From Hyphomonadaceae bacterium UBA7672 (lineage in GTDB: Bacteria; Pseudomonadota; Alphaproteobacteria; Caulobacterales; Hyphomonadaceae): DNA of 64,000 nt. The translations under genes and the position numbers were made by a program. Every line of letters begins with the position of its first letter. Within the stretch, counting starts at the first letter, position 1. The stretch covers positions 11,189 through 75,188 of the forward strand of contig DLHI01000018.1 in NCBI GenBank assembly GCA_002483135.1, written 5' to 3'. Below are positions 45,441 to 55,036 of this stretch, in pieces. The notes beneath the pieces are model-generated. The model did not search any database and was not told where the DNA came from. It worked only from the letters and a program-made list of their open reading frames with translations.

Positions 45441-47555
45441 TCAGACCATATTCAGTGTGATGTCGTACAGGTCGCGCGCCGCCTGGATCATGCGCGATGC
45501 GGCGGCATACGCCTGCTGGTAGGTCGTCATCTTGACGAGTTCCTCATCGAGGTTGACGCCCTCTTCTCCCATGCGGCGCGCGCGCACTTCTTCGCGCACC
45601 GACTCGGCTGCCAGCTTGGACGCTTCCAGCGCCTCGGCGCGAACCCCCGCATGGCCGGCAAGACGCGCGGCATAGTCCGAGATCGACGTCACCTGGCCGA
45701 CAAGGCCGCCTGCTTCGGCAAAACGGCGCGAGGTTGTGCTGGACGCTTCGATCGCGAGTGCGCCACGGCCGTCGCCGGACGACAGCACGCGCTGTCCCGC
45801 CGCCGCGCCGGCAAGATCTGCCTGCGCAGACGCCAGCAGCTGTGGGTTCGATCCGATGTCGCTGCGGATGCTGAGAGAGCGCGAACGCTGCAGGGGGATG
45901 GATTCGCCGAGACCGAACAGCTCGGACATCGACATGTTGGTGTCGCCGCGCACGGTGGTGTCCTGTGTCACGTCAACCCGCGCCACGTTGTTGCTGGTCG
46001 GAACAATCTGGAGACGACCTTCGGCGTTGAGCTGGGCCTGGCCATACCCCTGCAGCGCCGTGTTGAGATCGGCACGCAGCGAGTCCATCGTCGCGCCGGC
46101 CCCTACGGTGAAGTCGATCCGCCGCATGATCGACCCGTCGTCATTGCGCACCGCGAAAGTCACGGTCTGTCCGGCGGTGAAGCCGTGGAGGTCCGTGCCC
46201 GAAAGCCCGGTCGCATAGCCAAGCGCGTTTCCGTGCGTGACGAGATCATTGAGACCGAATGTGTGGGAGAACCCCTTGCCCGCCCGCGTCGCCGGCGAAG
46301 TGATGTCATCGCGGATCGCGAGGCCTGTTCCCGGCGCCATCGCCTCGAGCTGGAGCTGGCCATTCGCGAAGCTGACCTGGCCATCGGCCCCCATCGCCGC
46401 GTTCAGCGCCGTCTGGAAATCGCCGACCGAGTTGGCGAAGTTGGTGATGTTGGCCTGATCGTCGATGATCTGCTGGTTGTCGAAGTCGACGCGGAAGTTG
46501 CGGACGACAAGCCCGGAAGCGTCAACGATGCCGATATGGGTGACGCCGGTGAAGTTGAGGCGATCCGTGGCGAGGAGCCCGGTGTTGCGTCCGGTCAACT
46601 CGCTCGGGGCCGGGACGGATGTGCCCGAATTGTGTGCTGCATTGAGCGCCTCGGCGGCCCCGGCCGCGAATTCGCCGAAGGCCAGCTGCAGGTTCACCAA
46701 TTCGTGGTCGCGTGCGCGCAGCAAGCCCTTCAGTTCGCCGCCGCCAAGGTGCGACTCCAGCGGGGTCTCGGTCGTGGAGCGGGGCGACATCATGACGAGC
46801 CCCTGATAGGCCTCGCCGTCCGACGTCGAGCTTAGCCCCAGCACAGCGGCGTCAACATCGACAAGGAGGAGTCCGTCCGAGGTACGAACCTCGACACCGC
46901 CAAGCGAGCGATCCTGGGTGCGGATGTCGATGATCTCGGAGAGGCGATCCAGCATCCGCGCCTGCTCGGTCTCCGCCTCGGTCGCCGAGACGCCGCCGAT
47001 CGTGGCGCGCTGGATGGAAGCGTTGAGACGCGCGATACCGCTCATCAGCGCGTTTGCCTCTTCCATTGCCGAGACGATGCGCGAATGCGACTCATCGCGC
47101 AGGGCCGCAATTTCCTCGGCCGTGGTGTCGAGCTGCGAGAGGAGTGTCTGCAGGTCCGACAGGGCCGACGACTGGCGCAGGGCTGAGGACGGATCAACCG
47201 CAAGGGAGCCGAAGCTCGAAAAGACCGGGTCAAGCGTTGCAAAGACCGACGAGGAGTCGGACGGATCGCCGAGAAGTCCCTGAGCGCGATCCATGAACTG
47301 CGCGAGCATGTCGGCGGCGGACACATCGGCCGCGCCGCGCATCTCGGCGGCGGAGAGAAAAGTGTTGGCGACGCGCGTGACCTCGATCTCGACGCCGGCC
47401 ATGCCGCCGTTGGACGAGCGGGAGACAAAATTCACATCGAGCCGCGAATAGCCAACCGTGTTGACGTTAGCGACGTTGGTCGAGACAGCCTTCAACGCTT
47501 GCTGGTTTGCAAACAGCGCAGACAGGCCTGTTCCCATGATCGACTGGATCGACAA
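45441..47555 (-). CDS. flgK: Flagellar hook-associated protein 1
   Basis: The TTG start has GGAG 8 nt upstream. It has GLSALFANQQALKAVSTNVANVNTVGYSR and C-terminal MTTYQQAYAAASRMIQAARDLYDITLNM. Confidence 0.9.
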   Translation of the reverse strand: MSIQSIMGTGLSALFANQQALKAVSTNVANVNTVGYSRLDVNFVSRSSNGGMAGVEIEVTRVANTFLSAAEMRGAADVSAADMLAQFMDRAQGLLGDPSDSSSVFATLDPVFSSFGSLAVDPSSALRQSSALSDLQTLLSQLDTTAEEIAALRDESHSRIVSAMEEANALMSGIARLNASIQRATIGGVSATEAETEQARMLDRLSEIIDIRTQDRSLGGVEVRTSDGLLLVDVDAAVLGLSSTSDGEAYQGLVMMSPRSTTETPLESHLGGGELKGLLRARDHELVNLQLAFGEFAAGAAEALNAAHNSGTSVPAPSELTGRNTGLLATDRLNFTGVTHIGIVDASGLVVRNFRVDFDNQQIIDDQANITNFANSVGDFQTALNAAMGADGQVSFANGQLQLEAMAPGTGLAIRDDITSPATRAGKGFSHTFGLNDLVTHGNALGYATGLSGTDLHGFTAGQTVTFAVRNDDGSIMRRIDFTVGAGATMDSLRADLNTALQGYGQAQLNAEGRLQIVPTSNNVARVDVTQDTTVRGDTNMSMSELFGLGESIPLQRSRSLSIRSDIGSNPQLLASAQADLAGAAAGQRVLSSGDGRGALAIEASSTTSRRFAEAGGLVGQVTSISDYAARLAGHAGVRAEALEASKLAAESVREEVRARRMGEEGVNLDEELVKMTTYQQAYAAASRMIQAARDLYDITLNMV

Positions 47556-47718
47556 GACGCGGCTCCGGGTTCAATCGACCCGGCAGGAATTGCCCAAGGG
47601 GCGTAACCTGCCTGGCCGTTGCAACACGACCAGCCTTCACCGGCATCGTTCCATCTTCCTGAAAACAATCGCGAAACTTGCGCGACGGGAGCTTCTGCCC
47701 CGGAACGTCCCGGCTTGC

Positions 47719-47734
47719 TGGCCGTAACGTTGCC
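47719..47734 (+). promoter_or_regulatory. Second sigma-54-like element (plus strand), function uncertain
   Basis: TGGCCG-TAACG-TTGCC has correct spacing. It lies about 280 nt upstream of fliK and next to the minus-strand element, so it could be a decoy or an alternative promoter. Confidence 0.35.
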
Positions 47735-47743
47735 GTTAACCAC

Positions 47744-47758
47744 GCAAGTTGCGGGCCA
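47744..47758 (-). promoter_or_regulatory. Sigma-54 (-24/-12) promoter candidate for flgKL
   Basis: The minus strand reads TGGCCC-GCAAC-TTGC, which is exact TGGCAC-N5-TTGC spacing. It lies about 190 nt upstream of the flgK start. Confidence 0.6.
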
Positions 47759-47932
47759 GCCCGGCTTTCCCTGCAGCGTCGGGATCGGCCGTATACGAAC
47801 CGTTCAAATCGTCTCCGGGGCGGCAGAATCTGCAGGGCTACCCAGACAGACTTGCCGTGCGGAGCCGCTCCAGGCGCCGGGTGTTAACGACGTAAGGCCC
47901 GCTTTTCCGATGCATTTCGCAGCAAACGTTAA

Positions 47933-47948
47933 TGGCTCGCACGTTGCA
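47933..47948 (+). promoter_or_regulatory. Sigma-54 (-24/-12) promoter candidate for the fliK-flgD-flgE hook operon
   Basis: TGGCTC-GCACG-TTGCA has exact spacing. It lies 68 nt upstream of the fliK GTG. Confidence 0.65.
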
Positions 47949-48015
47949 GGTCGTACGCGGGTTCGCCGCGCCACACCGGTCGGCGAACACGACGATTTCG
48001 CAATCGAGGCGTTGA

Positions 48016-49305
48016 GTGACCGCGACAGCTGCCCTACCCTTCAACACCAATGCAGGCCGCATCCAGAATGCAGCCACGGGCAAGCCGGGCGTCGAGGCGC
48101 AGGGCGCGGGTGAAGGCGGACAGGAGAGCTTTGCAACCGTCCTCGCCGGAACCGTCCAGACCACCGAAGCGGTTGCTGCCGGCGTTGCGCCCGCCGCGAC
48201 CGTGACTGCCAACGCTTCCACCCAGATTTCGACAATGATCGCCGGCGCAACTGGCGAGGCCGACCCCATTCCTGCAGAGGCCATCGCCGAGGGCGTGGTG
48301 GCTGATCCCTCGCAAGCTGTGCCGGCAGCCGCAACGCAGGCGGCAATTGTGACCGCAGTGACCACCGCCGCGCCGAACCTCATTGGAGCCGCAGTTGTTG
48401 CCGACGCCGAAGCAGGCGATGCCGCGATCCCGGCGGAAGTCGAAGGCGCAGCGCTTCCACCGGCCGCGACCGCTGTTGTGGCAGCCGCTGCCACGACCGT
48501 CCCCGGCTCCGCAAACGTCGCCAACCAGGCTGCCTCTGCAACGACCACAGCTATCCCTGCGGCTGAAACCGCCGCCAAGGTCGAGACAGCCGACGTTGTC
48601 GAAGGCGACAACGCCGCGACGACTGCGAACGCAAACAGTCAGACGCCTGCTAAGGCTTCGGCGACCGGCGTCACCGCTTCCCCTGCCAGCGCGGCAAACC
48701 CCAACGCCGCGACCGGCATCACGACGGCTGCGCCTGAGCTGCAGGCCGCCGCAGACCCCGCCGCCGGCGAGCAGGCCAAGGCAAGCGCCACGGTCGACGC
48801 CCTCGCCGCCCCCGCACCGGCTCCGCACGAGGCTGCGCGCGCTGCCAGCGCCAATACAGCCGGGCAAGCCGCCGCCCCCACCGCGACCGTGCAGGTCTAC
48901 ACCCGCATGATCGAGCGCTTCGATGGCCGCGCCCAACGCTTCGAGATTCGCCTCGACCCCGCAGAGCTTGGCCGCGTCGACGTCCGCATCGAGATCGGCG
49001 CCGACAAGAAAGTGCATGCCGTGCTTGCCGCCCACGACAGCGCCGCGCTGAACGACCTGATGCGCGGTCATCGCGCGCTGGAGCGTGCGCTGGCGGACGC
49101 CGGCATCGACCTCGCAGATGGTGGCGTGAAGTTCGAACTCGCCAACGACTCGAACCGCAACGCATCGACCAGCGACCGGGACGCGCGCGCACCCACGTCT
49201 CCAAATGTCTGGCGCAATTTCGACATCACGAACCCTTCGGCAGAAGCCGCAGCAAAGCCGGTCGCGCAGCCATGGCGGCAGTCGCGACTTGACCTCGTGG
49301 CCTGA
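48016..49305 (+). CDS. fliK: Flagellar hook-length control protein FliK-like
   Basis: It has an Ala/Thr/Pro-rich N-terminal two thirds and a C-terminal Flg_hook domain (RFEIRLDPAELGRVDVRIEIGADKKVHAVLAAHDSAALNDL). It lies before flgD-flgE. Confidence 0.8.
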   Translation: MTATAALPFNTNAGRIQNAATGKPGVEAQGAGEGGQESFATVLAGTVQTTEAVAAGVAPAATVTANASTQISTMIAGATGEADPIPAEAIAEGVVADPSQAVPAAATQAAIVTAVTTAAPNLIGAAVVADAEAGDAAIPAEVEGAALPPAATAVVAAAATTVPGSANVANQAASATTTAIPAAETAAKVETADVVEGDNAATTANANSQTPAKASATGVTASPASAANPNAATGITTAAPELQAAADPAAGEQAKASATVDALAAPAPAPHEAARAASANTAGQAAAPTATVQVYTRMIERFDGRAQRFEIRLDPAELGRVDVRIEIGADKKVHAVLAAHDSAALNDLMRGHRALERALADAGIDLADGGVKFELANDSNRNASTSDRDARAPTSPNVWRNFDITNPSAEAAAKPVAQPWRQSRLDLVA

Positions 49306-49316
49306 AGGAACATCGC

Positions 49317-49994
49317 ATGGCTGACACAATCTCTTTCGTCCCGACAGCGCCGCCGACCGCCAACACCGCGGCGAATGCGCAGGCCAGCCTGTCGGACAAT
49401 TTCGACACCTTCCTCACCATCCTCACCGCGCAGATCCAGAACCAGGATCCGCTCGAGCCGATGGATTCGAACCAGTTTACCGAGCAGCTTGTGCAGTTCT
49501 CCGGTGTCGAACAGCAGATCCGCGTCAACAGCCAGCTGGAAACGTTGATCAAGGCGACAAACTCCAACGCTGGCGCTTCCCTGTCGGGCTATCTTGGCCA
49601 GACGGCCGAGATCGACACCGCCGGTGCGCAGTACACGGGCGATCCCGTAAATTGGCGCTTCGCCCTGCCGTCTGACGCCGCGAAGGCCACCATCACGGTC
49701 ACGGATGCTGCCGGCAAAGTCCTCTATTCGAGGGCCGCAACTGAGGACGAACTTGAGGCTGGCCCGCACGACTTCATATGGAACGGCGAACTCAATGGCG
49801 GGGCCGCTGCCGAGGCCGGCGAGCCCTACTGGATCAATGTCGTCGCCGAGGACGCGAACGCGAAAGCGCTGACGGTGTCGCATTCGCTGGTGACGACCAT
49901 CACCGGCGTCGATCTCACCTATGGCGAGCCTGCACTCACTACACCTTCAGGCGTCTTCGCCTACTCGGACATCAAGCGGTTGATGCGCCAGTAG
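49317..49994 (+). CDS. flgD: Flagellar hook capping/assembly protein FlgD
   Basis: FLTILTAQIQNQDPLEPMDSNQFTEQLVQFSGVEQ is the FlgD signature. Confidence 0.92.
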   Translation: MADTISFVPTAPPTANTAANAQASLSDNFDTFLTILTAQIQNQDPLEPMDSNQFTEQLVQFSGVEQQIRVNSQLETLIKATNSNAGASLSGYLGQTAEIDTAGAQYTGDPVNWRFALPSDAAKATITVTDAAGKVLYSRAATEDELEAGPHDFIWNGELNGGAAAEAGEPYWINVVAEDANAKALTVSHSLVTTITGVDLTYGEPALTTPSGVFAYSDIKRLMRQ

Positions 49995-50106
49995 GCGCGC
50001 CACACCGCAGTAACTTCCGGCGCAGAAGCGCGCCGTCCGGCCGCAAAGCGGCCAACCAACCCGCAATCGACCCTGCCCCGCATGGGGCAACCTGGGAGCT
50101 TCGACC

Positions 50107-51471
50107 ATGAGTATCAATTCCGCCATGCTTGCCGGCGCCTCCGGCATGCGCGCCAACGCCAGCGCCCTCGCTGCGATCTCGGACAACATCGCGAACGTCA
50201 ACACGGTCGGCTTCAAGCGCCTGCGCAATGACTTCACCGCGCTGCTGACCTCGCAGAACCGGGCGACGTCCTATTCGGCCGGCGGCACCATCGCGCGTTC
50301 GAGCGCGATCATGACGGAGCAAGGCTCGACGGTCGCTTCTTCGGTCTCCACGCACCTTGCCGTCTCGGGCGACGGCATGTTTGTCGTACGCGGGCGCAGC
50401 GACGATGCGACCGCGCGCGACCCCTATTACTACACGCGCGCCGGACAGTTCACGCCGGATGCGGACGGCTACCTGCAGAACGCCGCCGGCTACTATCTCC
50501 AGGGCTGGCCTGTCGACTCCACGGGCGTGGTCAACGCCAACCCAACGGACCTGAATGCGCTCGAACCTATCCGGGTCTCCGGTATCGCGGGCGGCGCCGA
50601 GGCGACCGCGCGCCTCTCGCTGTCGGCAAACCTGCAGTCGTCGCGTGAAGTCTCGACGGCAGCCGCGACCTATGACGCGACAGACCCGCTGAACAACATG
50701 GCGTCAGGCGCCGTGACGCCGGATTTCCAGATTCCGATCCAGATCTACGACAGCCAGGGCGGTCTCCACACGCTGACCTTCTCGTTCCTGAAGCAGGGGC
50801 CCAATGCCTGGCATGCAGAAGTGCACCTGCCTGCGGACCAGATTGTCGACGCAGCCCCATTCGTCGACGGACAGCTCGCCACCGGCATCGTCTCGTTCAC
50901 GCCGTTCGGTCAGCTCGACGCGGCGAACTCGACATTGCCCCTGAACTTCACCATCGGCGGGACCGGCGCGGGCGGATCGGAGTGGGACCCGTCCATGGGC
51001 CTAGCGACACAGACCATATCGCTCGACATGGGCGGGCCCGGCGCACCGGGCGGCCTCACCAACTATGACTCACCATCGGTGCTGGGCACCTCACAGATCG
51101 ACGGCACGCCGTTCGGTTCACTGGCTTCGGTGGATGTCGATGACGATGGCTTTGTTACTGCGATCTTCACGAACGGCCTGACGCGACGCATCTATCAGAT
51201 TCCGCTCGCAACCTTCGGCAATGCGGACGGCCTCCTCTCCGAGCATGGCGGCGTCTATCGCCTGGGCCCGGATGCGGGCGCTCTTTCCATGCGTGGCGCG
51301 GGGATTGGCGGCGCAGGCCTCATCAAGTCGCGTGCGCTGGAAAGCTCGACGGTCGACCTCGCCGAGGAGTTCTCCAACCTGATCATGACCCAGCGCGCCT
51401 ATTCGGCGTCGTCGAAAATCATCACGACGGCCGACGAAATGCTGGACGAGCTGATCAGGCTGAAGCGCTAA
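50107..51471 (+). CDS. flgE: Flagellar hook protein FlgE
   Basis: It has MSINSAMLAGASGMRANASALAAISDNIANVNTVGFKR and C-terminal LESSTVDLAEEFSNLIMTQRAYSASSKIITTADEMLDELIRLKR. Confidence 0.95.
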   Translation: MSINSAMLAGASGMRANASALAAISDNIANVNTVGFKRLRNDFTALLTSQNRATSYSAGGTIARSSAIMTEQGSTVASSVSTHLAVSGDGMFVVRGRSDDATARDPYYYTRAGQFTPDADGYLQNAAGYYLQGWPVDSTGVVNANPTDLNALEPIRVSGIAGGAEATARLSLSANLQSSREVSTAAATYDATDPLNNMASGAVTPDFQIPIQIYDSQGGLHTLTFSFLKQGPNAWHAEVHLPADQIVDAAPFVDGQLATGIVSFTPFGQLDAANSTLPLNFTIGGTGAGGSEWDPSMGLATQTISLDMGGPGAPGGLTNYDSPSVLGTSQIDGTPFGSLASVDVDDDGFVTAIFTNGLTRRIYQIPLATFGNADGLLSEHGGVYRLGPDAGALSMRGAGIGGAGLIKSRALESSTVDLAEEFSNLIMTQRAYSASSKIITTADEMLDELIRLKR

Positions 51472-51507
51472 CCAGTTCCATCACGCGTGAAGCGTAAACC
51501 CATGGAA

Positions 51508-51542
51508 CCCACAGGCGCGACGCAAAACCCAATGCCTGTGGG
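51508..51542 (+). terminator. Hairpin after flgE (possible attenuator/terminator, no U-tract)
   Basis: CCCACAGGC-17 nt-GCCTGTGGG, starting 37 nt after the flgE stop. Confidence 0.3.
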
Positions 51543-51704
51543 CGCCATGCGCCCTTTGCCCGTGGTCCATCGCGTCAATTGTGGTTTCCGGTCCCGCGTC
51601 ACTTCCATGAAATTTTGCCGAAAAGCGTATGGCCGCCGCGAGGCTCACCTTAAACGCCAGCGCGTAAGGTCCCTGCACAGAACGAGCAGAACAGGGAGCA
51701 TTCC

Positions 51705-51974
51705 ATGCTGAGCCATGCCGAAGCAGGCCAGGCCGTCGTGGGGCCAGACGGACGCCACATCACACTCGCTGATCTTCCCCCTCCGGGGATCCAGCGGTGG
51801 GTGACGCGTCGCAAGGCGGAAGTGGTGGCAGCCGTCCATGGCGGCCTCCTGACCGCCGAGGACGCGTGTGACCGCTACGAAATCTCGAAAGAGGAATTCG
51901 GTGGTTGGGAGCGCCTTTACGAGCGCCACGGCGTCAAGGGCCTTCGCACGACACGCCTGCAAAACTACCGTTAG
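51705..51974 (+). CDS. sciP: DUF1153 helix-turn-helix protein, SciP (small CtrA inhibitory protein) homolog
   Basis: RWVTRRKAEVVAAVHGGLLTAEDACDRYEISKEEFGGWERLYERHGVKGLRTTRLQNYR closely resembles Caulobacter SciP as I remember it. It has the same position between flgE and fliF. Confidence 0.85.
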   Translation: MLSHAEAGQAVVGPDGRHITLADLPPPGIQRWVTRRKAEVVAAVHGGLLTAEDACDRYEISKEEFGGWERLYERHGVKGLRTTRLQNYR

Positions 51975-51996
51975 AACGCGTTTCGCGAGAAACTCA

Positions 51997-52043
51997 GCGC
52001 CGCCGCCGGGCCTTGGGCAGCCCAGCGGCGGCGCAGCGCTTTT
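51997..52043 (+). terminator. Rho-independent terminator after sciP
   Basis: GCGCCGCCGC (51997-52006) pairs with GCGGCGGCGC (52025-52034), with inner GGGC/GCCC pairs. It is followed by AGCGCTTTT. Confidence 0.65.
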
Positions 52044-52057
52044 AAGGTTTCGCTAAC
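52042..52057 (+). promoter_or_regulatory. CtrA-box-like element upstream of fliF
   Basis: TTAA-GGTTTCG-CTAAC compared with the CtrA consensus TTAA-N7-TTAAC has one mismatch. It lies about 95 nt upstream of the fliF start. fliF is a CtrA-dependent class II operon in Caulobacter. Confidence 0.45.
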
Positions 52058-52148
52058 ACTCTGTTTTGGCGTCCTTAACACCACGTTTACCACGCACCGG
52101 GAAATTCCTGCCTAGTCGTGCTTCGCGACGCAGGCAGTTTTTTCCGGG

Positions 52149-53921
52149 GTGTTCGTGGCCGAACCTGAATCCGCCGAGACCAAGGGACTGATCGCGCAAC
52201 TCGCGCGTTCGGGCCGCATGCGCATTGCGGCCGCTCTTGTGGTTGTGGCGCTGGTCGGCGGCGGCCTTGGCGTCATCATGCTCCAGGGCGGCGAGAGCGG
52301 TAAGAAGCTGCTGTTCTCGGGCCTCGAGCTTGAGGAAGCCGCCGAAATCAGCGGAAAGCTCGATACGGCCGGCATTGCCTATTCGCTGGAAGGCGGCGGT
52401 TCGGCCATCTTCGTCGATGCATCCAAGGTCGAAGACGCCCGCATGATGCTGTCCGAACAGGGCCTGCCGACGCGCGGCTCGGTCGGCTGGGAGATTTTTG
52501 ACAAGTCGGACGCGCTCGGCGAGACCCAGTTCGTCCTCAACATCAAGAAACTCCGCGCCATGGAGGGCGAGCTCGAACGCTCGATCGCATCCTACGACAT
52601 GGTGCAGTCCGCGAACGTCCACCTGTCGGTGCCCGAACGGCCACTATTCCAGCAGAATTCCGAAAAACCCAAGGCCGGCGTCGTCCTGAAGCTTTCGGGA
52701 AACATGCTGCCGCCCGAAAAAGTACGCGCGATCCGCAATCTCGTGGCGTCCCAGGTGCCGGGCCTTGACGTCGAGGCGGTGACCGTGACCAGCACGGATG
52801 GCCGCCTTCTGGCCGCCGCGACCGATGACAATGGGACTGGAATCGGCGGCGGATCGTCCTCGGACGAACGCCGCGCCGCGATGGAGGAGAGCTACCGCCG
52901 CAAGGTCCTCGACGTCATCGAGAACATTGCTGGCCCCGGCGCCGCCAAGGTGACCGTCTCGATCGAGGCGGACTTCAACAAGGTCACGCAGAGCTCCGAG
53001 ACCTTCAACCCAGACAGCCGCGTGGTCCGCTCCGAAACGACGGTAGAGGACGTCCAGTCCGACACCAGCATGGCGCCCGGCGATGAAACCACGGTGGCCA
53101 ACAATGTTCCCACCGGGGCCGCACCGGTCGCCCCGCCGCAGCCGCAGAGCCAGCGCACCGGTAACCGCACCGAAGCGACGATCAGCTATGAAATGGACAA
53201 GACCGTCCGCACCGAGATCATCGAGGGCGGAGCTATCAAGCGCCTATCAGTTGCCGTGGCCGTAGACCAGGTTCGCGTGCCCGGAGCCGAAGGCGCGCCC
53301 GCCACCTGGCAAGACCGTGCGCCGGAAGAGATCGCGCGCATCACCTCGCTCGTGAAATCGGCCGTGCTGTTCAACGAAGGGCGTGGTGACGTGGTGACTG
53401 TCGAGAGCACGGCTTTCGCACGGCCCGATACCTCGCTGGACGGCGCGGAGGCGCCCGGCCCGTTCGATCTCGACAAGTTCGACCTGGTCCGCATCGGCGA
53501 AATCCTGGCTCTGGTGCTCACCGCGCTGGCGCTGGTATTCTTCGTGCTGCGTCCGCTGGTTGGCGGCCTCATGAGCAAGCCCGAACCTGACAATCTGCCG
53601 CCGGAAATCCAGGCGCTGAAGGGGGCCAAGCGCGCCAAGGCCATCGCCGCCCACCAGGCGGCCATGGCCAACACTCATTCGATCACGATGGTGACCGAGG
53701 AAGTCAATCGCTCCACCCAGCTTCCGGAAGGACGCGCCGTCACCTTTGACATTCCCCAGCCCGAGCGACTGGACGCCGGCATCGATGTCGCGCGCATTTC
53801 CGGTCAGGTGAAGGCGTCCTCGATCAAGAAGATCTCTGAAGTCGTTTCCAGCCACCCGGATGAATCCATCGCGATCATCCGCTCGTGGATGGCTGAAGAG
53901 CCGTCGGATCGCGCAGCATGA
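52149..53921 (+). CDS. fliF: Flagellar M-ring protein FliF
   Basis: It has an N-terminal [55 protein letters not shown], a second TM near residue 460, and a C-terminal FliG-binding tail. The start is GTG 52149 or 52155. Confidence 0.93.
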   Translation: MFVAEPESAETKGLIAQLARSGRMRIAAALVVVALVGGGLGVIMLQGGESGKKLLFSGLELEEAAEISGKLDTAGIAYSLEGGGSAIFVDASKVEDARMMLSEQGLPTRGSVGWEIFDKSDALGETQFVLNIKKLRAMEGELERSIASYDMVQSANVHLSVPERPLFQQNSEKPKAGVVLKLSGNMLPPEKVRAIRNLVASQVPGLDVEAVTVTSTDGRLLAAATDDNGTGIGGGSSSDERRAAMEESYRRKVLDVIENIAGPGAAKVTVSIEADFNKVTQSSETFNPDSRVVRSETTVEDVQSDTSMAPGDETTVANNVPTGAAPVAPPQPQSQRTGNRTEATISYEMDKTVRTEIIEGGAIKRLSVAVAVDQVRVPGAEGAPATWQDRAPEEIARITSLVKSAVLFNEGRGDVVTVESTAFARPDTSLDGAEAPGPFDLDKFDLVRIGEILALVLTALALVFFVLRPLVGGLMSKPEPDNLPPEIQALKGAKRAKAIAAHQAAMANTHSITMVTEEVNRSTQLPEGRAVTFDIPQPERLDAGIDVARISGQVKASSIKKISEVVSSHPDESIAIIRSWMAEEPSDRAA

Positions 53922-55036
53922 GCAAGGCCGCAGCCCTTCCCAAGCCGTCCGACGATGATCATGCGCAGCCCACTGGCACGTTGACGCGGGACGACACGCA
54001 TAACGACACAGGTCGCCGACTTGCAGATACGATGCTGACCGTGTCGCATATGCATGGCTCGGAGAAGGCTGCGATCCTGCTGCTGGCGCTCGGCGAAGAT
54101 GCGAAACCGATCTGGGATCGCATGGATGACGATGAGCTGCGCGAGATTTCATCGGCGATGTCGAACCTCGGGCCGGTGAAGGCCGAGACCGTCGAGTATC
54201 TGATCAAGGATTTCGTGAACCGCCTGTCGGGCTCGGGCGCCGTCACAGGCTCCTACGATCAGACGCACCGCCTGCTGCTGCAATTCCTGCCGCGCGAAAA
54301 AGTCGATGCGCTGATGGAAGAACTGCGCGGCCCCGCCGGTCGCACAATGTGGGACAAGCTCGCCAACGTGAACGAGCAGGTTCTCGCAAACTACCTCAAG
54401 AACGAATACCCGCAGACCGTCGCGGTCATCCTGTCGAAGATCAAGACGGATCACTCGGCGCGCGTGCTCACCGCCCTTCCTCCGGAATTTGCACTCGAAG
54501 TCATCCAGCGCATGCTGCGCATGGAACCGGTGCAGCGCGACATTCTCGAGAAGATCGAATCGACGCTGCGCACCGAGTTCATGACCAACCTCGCCCGCAC
54601 GTCCAAGCGCGACAGCCACGAGCAGATGGCCGCCATCTTCAACAATTTCGACCGGCAGACAGAGGGCCGGTTCATGACGCTGCTGGAAGACAAGAACAAG
54701 GACGCGGCCGACAAGATACGCTCGCTAATGTTTGTGTTCGAGGATCTCTCCAAACTCGATCCGGGCGGCGTGCAGACGTTGTTGCGCAATATCGACAAAG
54801 ACAAGCTCGGCCTCGCGCTCAAGGGCGCCAATGACGAGATGCGCAACCTGTTCATGTCGAACATGTCCGAGCGGGCGGCCAAGCTGATGCGCGACGACAT
54901 GGCGTCGATGGGGCCGGTCAAGCTCAAGGACGTCGAGACCGCGCAGCAGGAGATGGTTGTCGTCGCCAAGGCGCTGGCCGATCGCGGCGAGATCATGCTG
55001 GCCGAAGGCAGCGGCGAAGAGGAGCTCATCTACTGA
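53918..55036 (+). CDS. fliG: Flagellar motor switch protein FliG
   Basis: It has [26 protein letters not shown] and MFVFEDL. ATGA overlap with fliF. It has an N-terminal extension of about 45 aa. Confidence 0.93.
   Translation: MSKAAALPKPSDDDHAQPTGTLTRDDTHNDTGRRLADTMLTVSHMHGSEKAAILLLALGEDAKPIWDRMDDDELREISSAMSNLGPVKAETVEYLIKDFVNRLSGSGAVTGSYDQTHRLLLQFLPREKVDALMEELRGPAGRTMWDKLANVNEQVLANYLKNEYPQTVAVILSKIKTDHSARVLTALPPEFALEVIQRMLRMEPVQRDILEKIESTLRTEFMTNLARTSKRDSHEQMAAIFNNFDRQTEGRFMTLLEDKNKDAADKIRSLMFVFEDLSKLDPGGVQTLLRNIDKDKLGLALKGANDEMRNLFMSNMSERAAKLMRDDMASMGPVKLKDVETAQQEMVVVAKALADRGEIMLAEGSGEEELIY

Noticed and set aside
47616-47636. Additional minus-strand sigma-54-like sequence (GGCTGGTCGTGTTGCA) closer to flgK.
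   Set aside because: The GG-to-GC spacing is off by one (or by three, depending on which GG is used), unlike the three exact-spacing elements reported.
47619-48113. 164-aa ORF filling the flgK-fliK intergenic region.
   Set aside because: Its composition is Pro/Arg/Gly-rich and it overlaps the fliK start and the sigma-54 elements. No flagellar small-protein (FlaF/FlbT-like) similarity was seen.
48100-48900. Highly repetitive-looking Ala/Thr/Pro-coding DNA, considered as a possible repeat array or CRISPR-like structure.
   Set aside because: It is low-complexity coding sequence of the FliK N-terminal region. It has no regular repeat-spacer periodicity and is in frame with the conserved FliK C-terminal domain.
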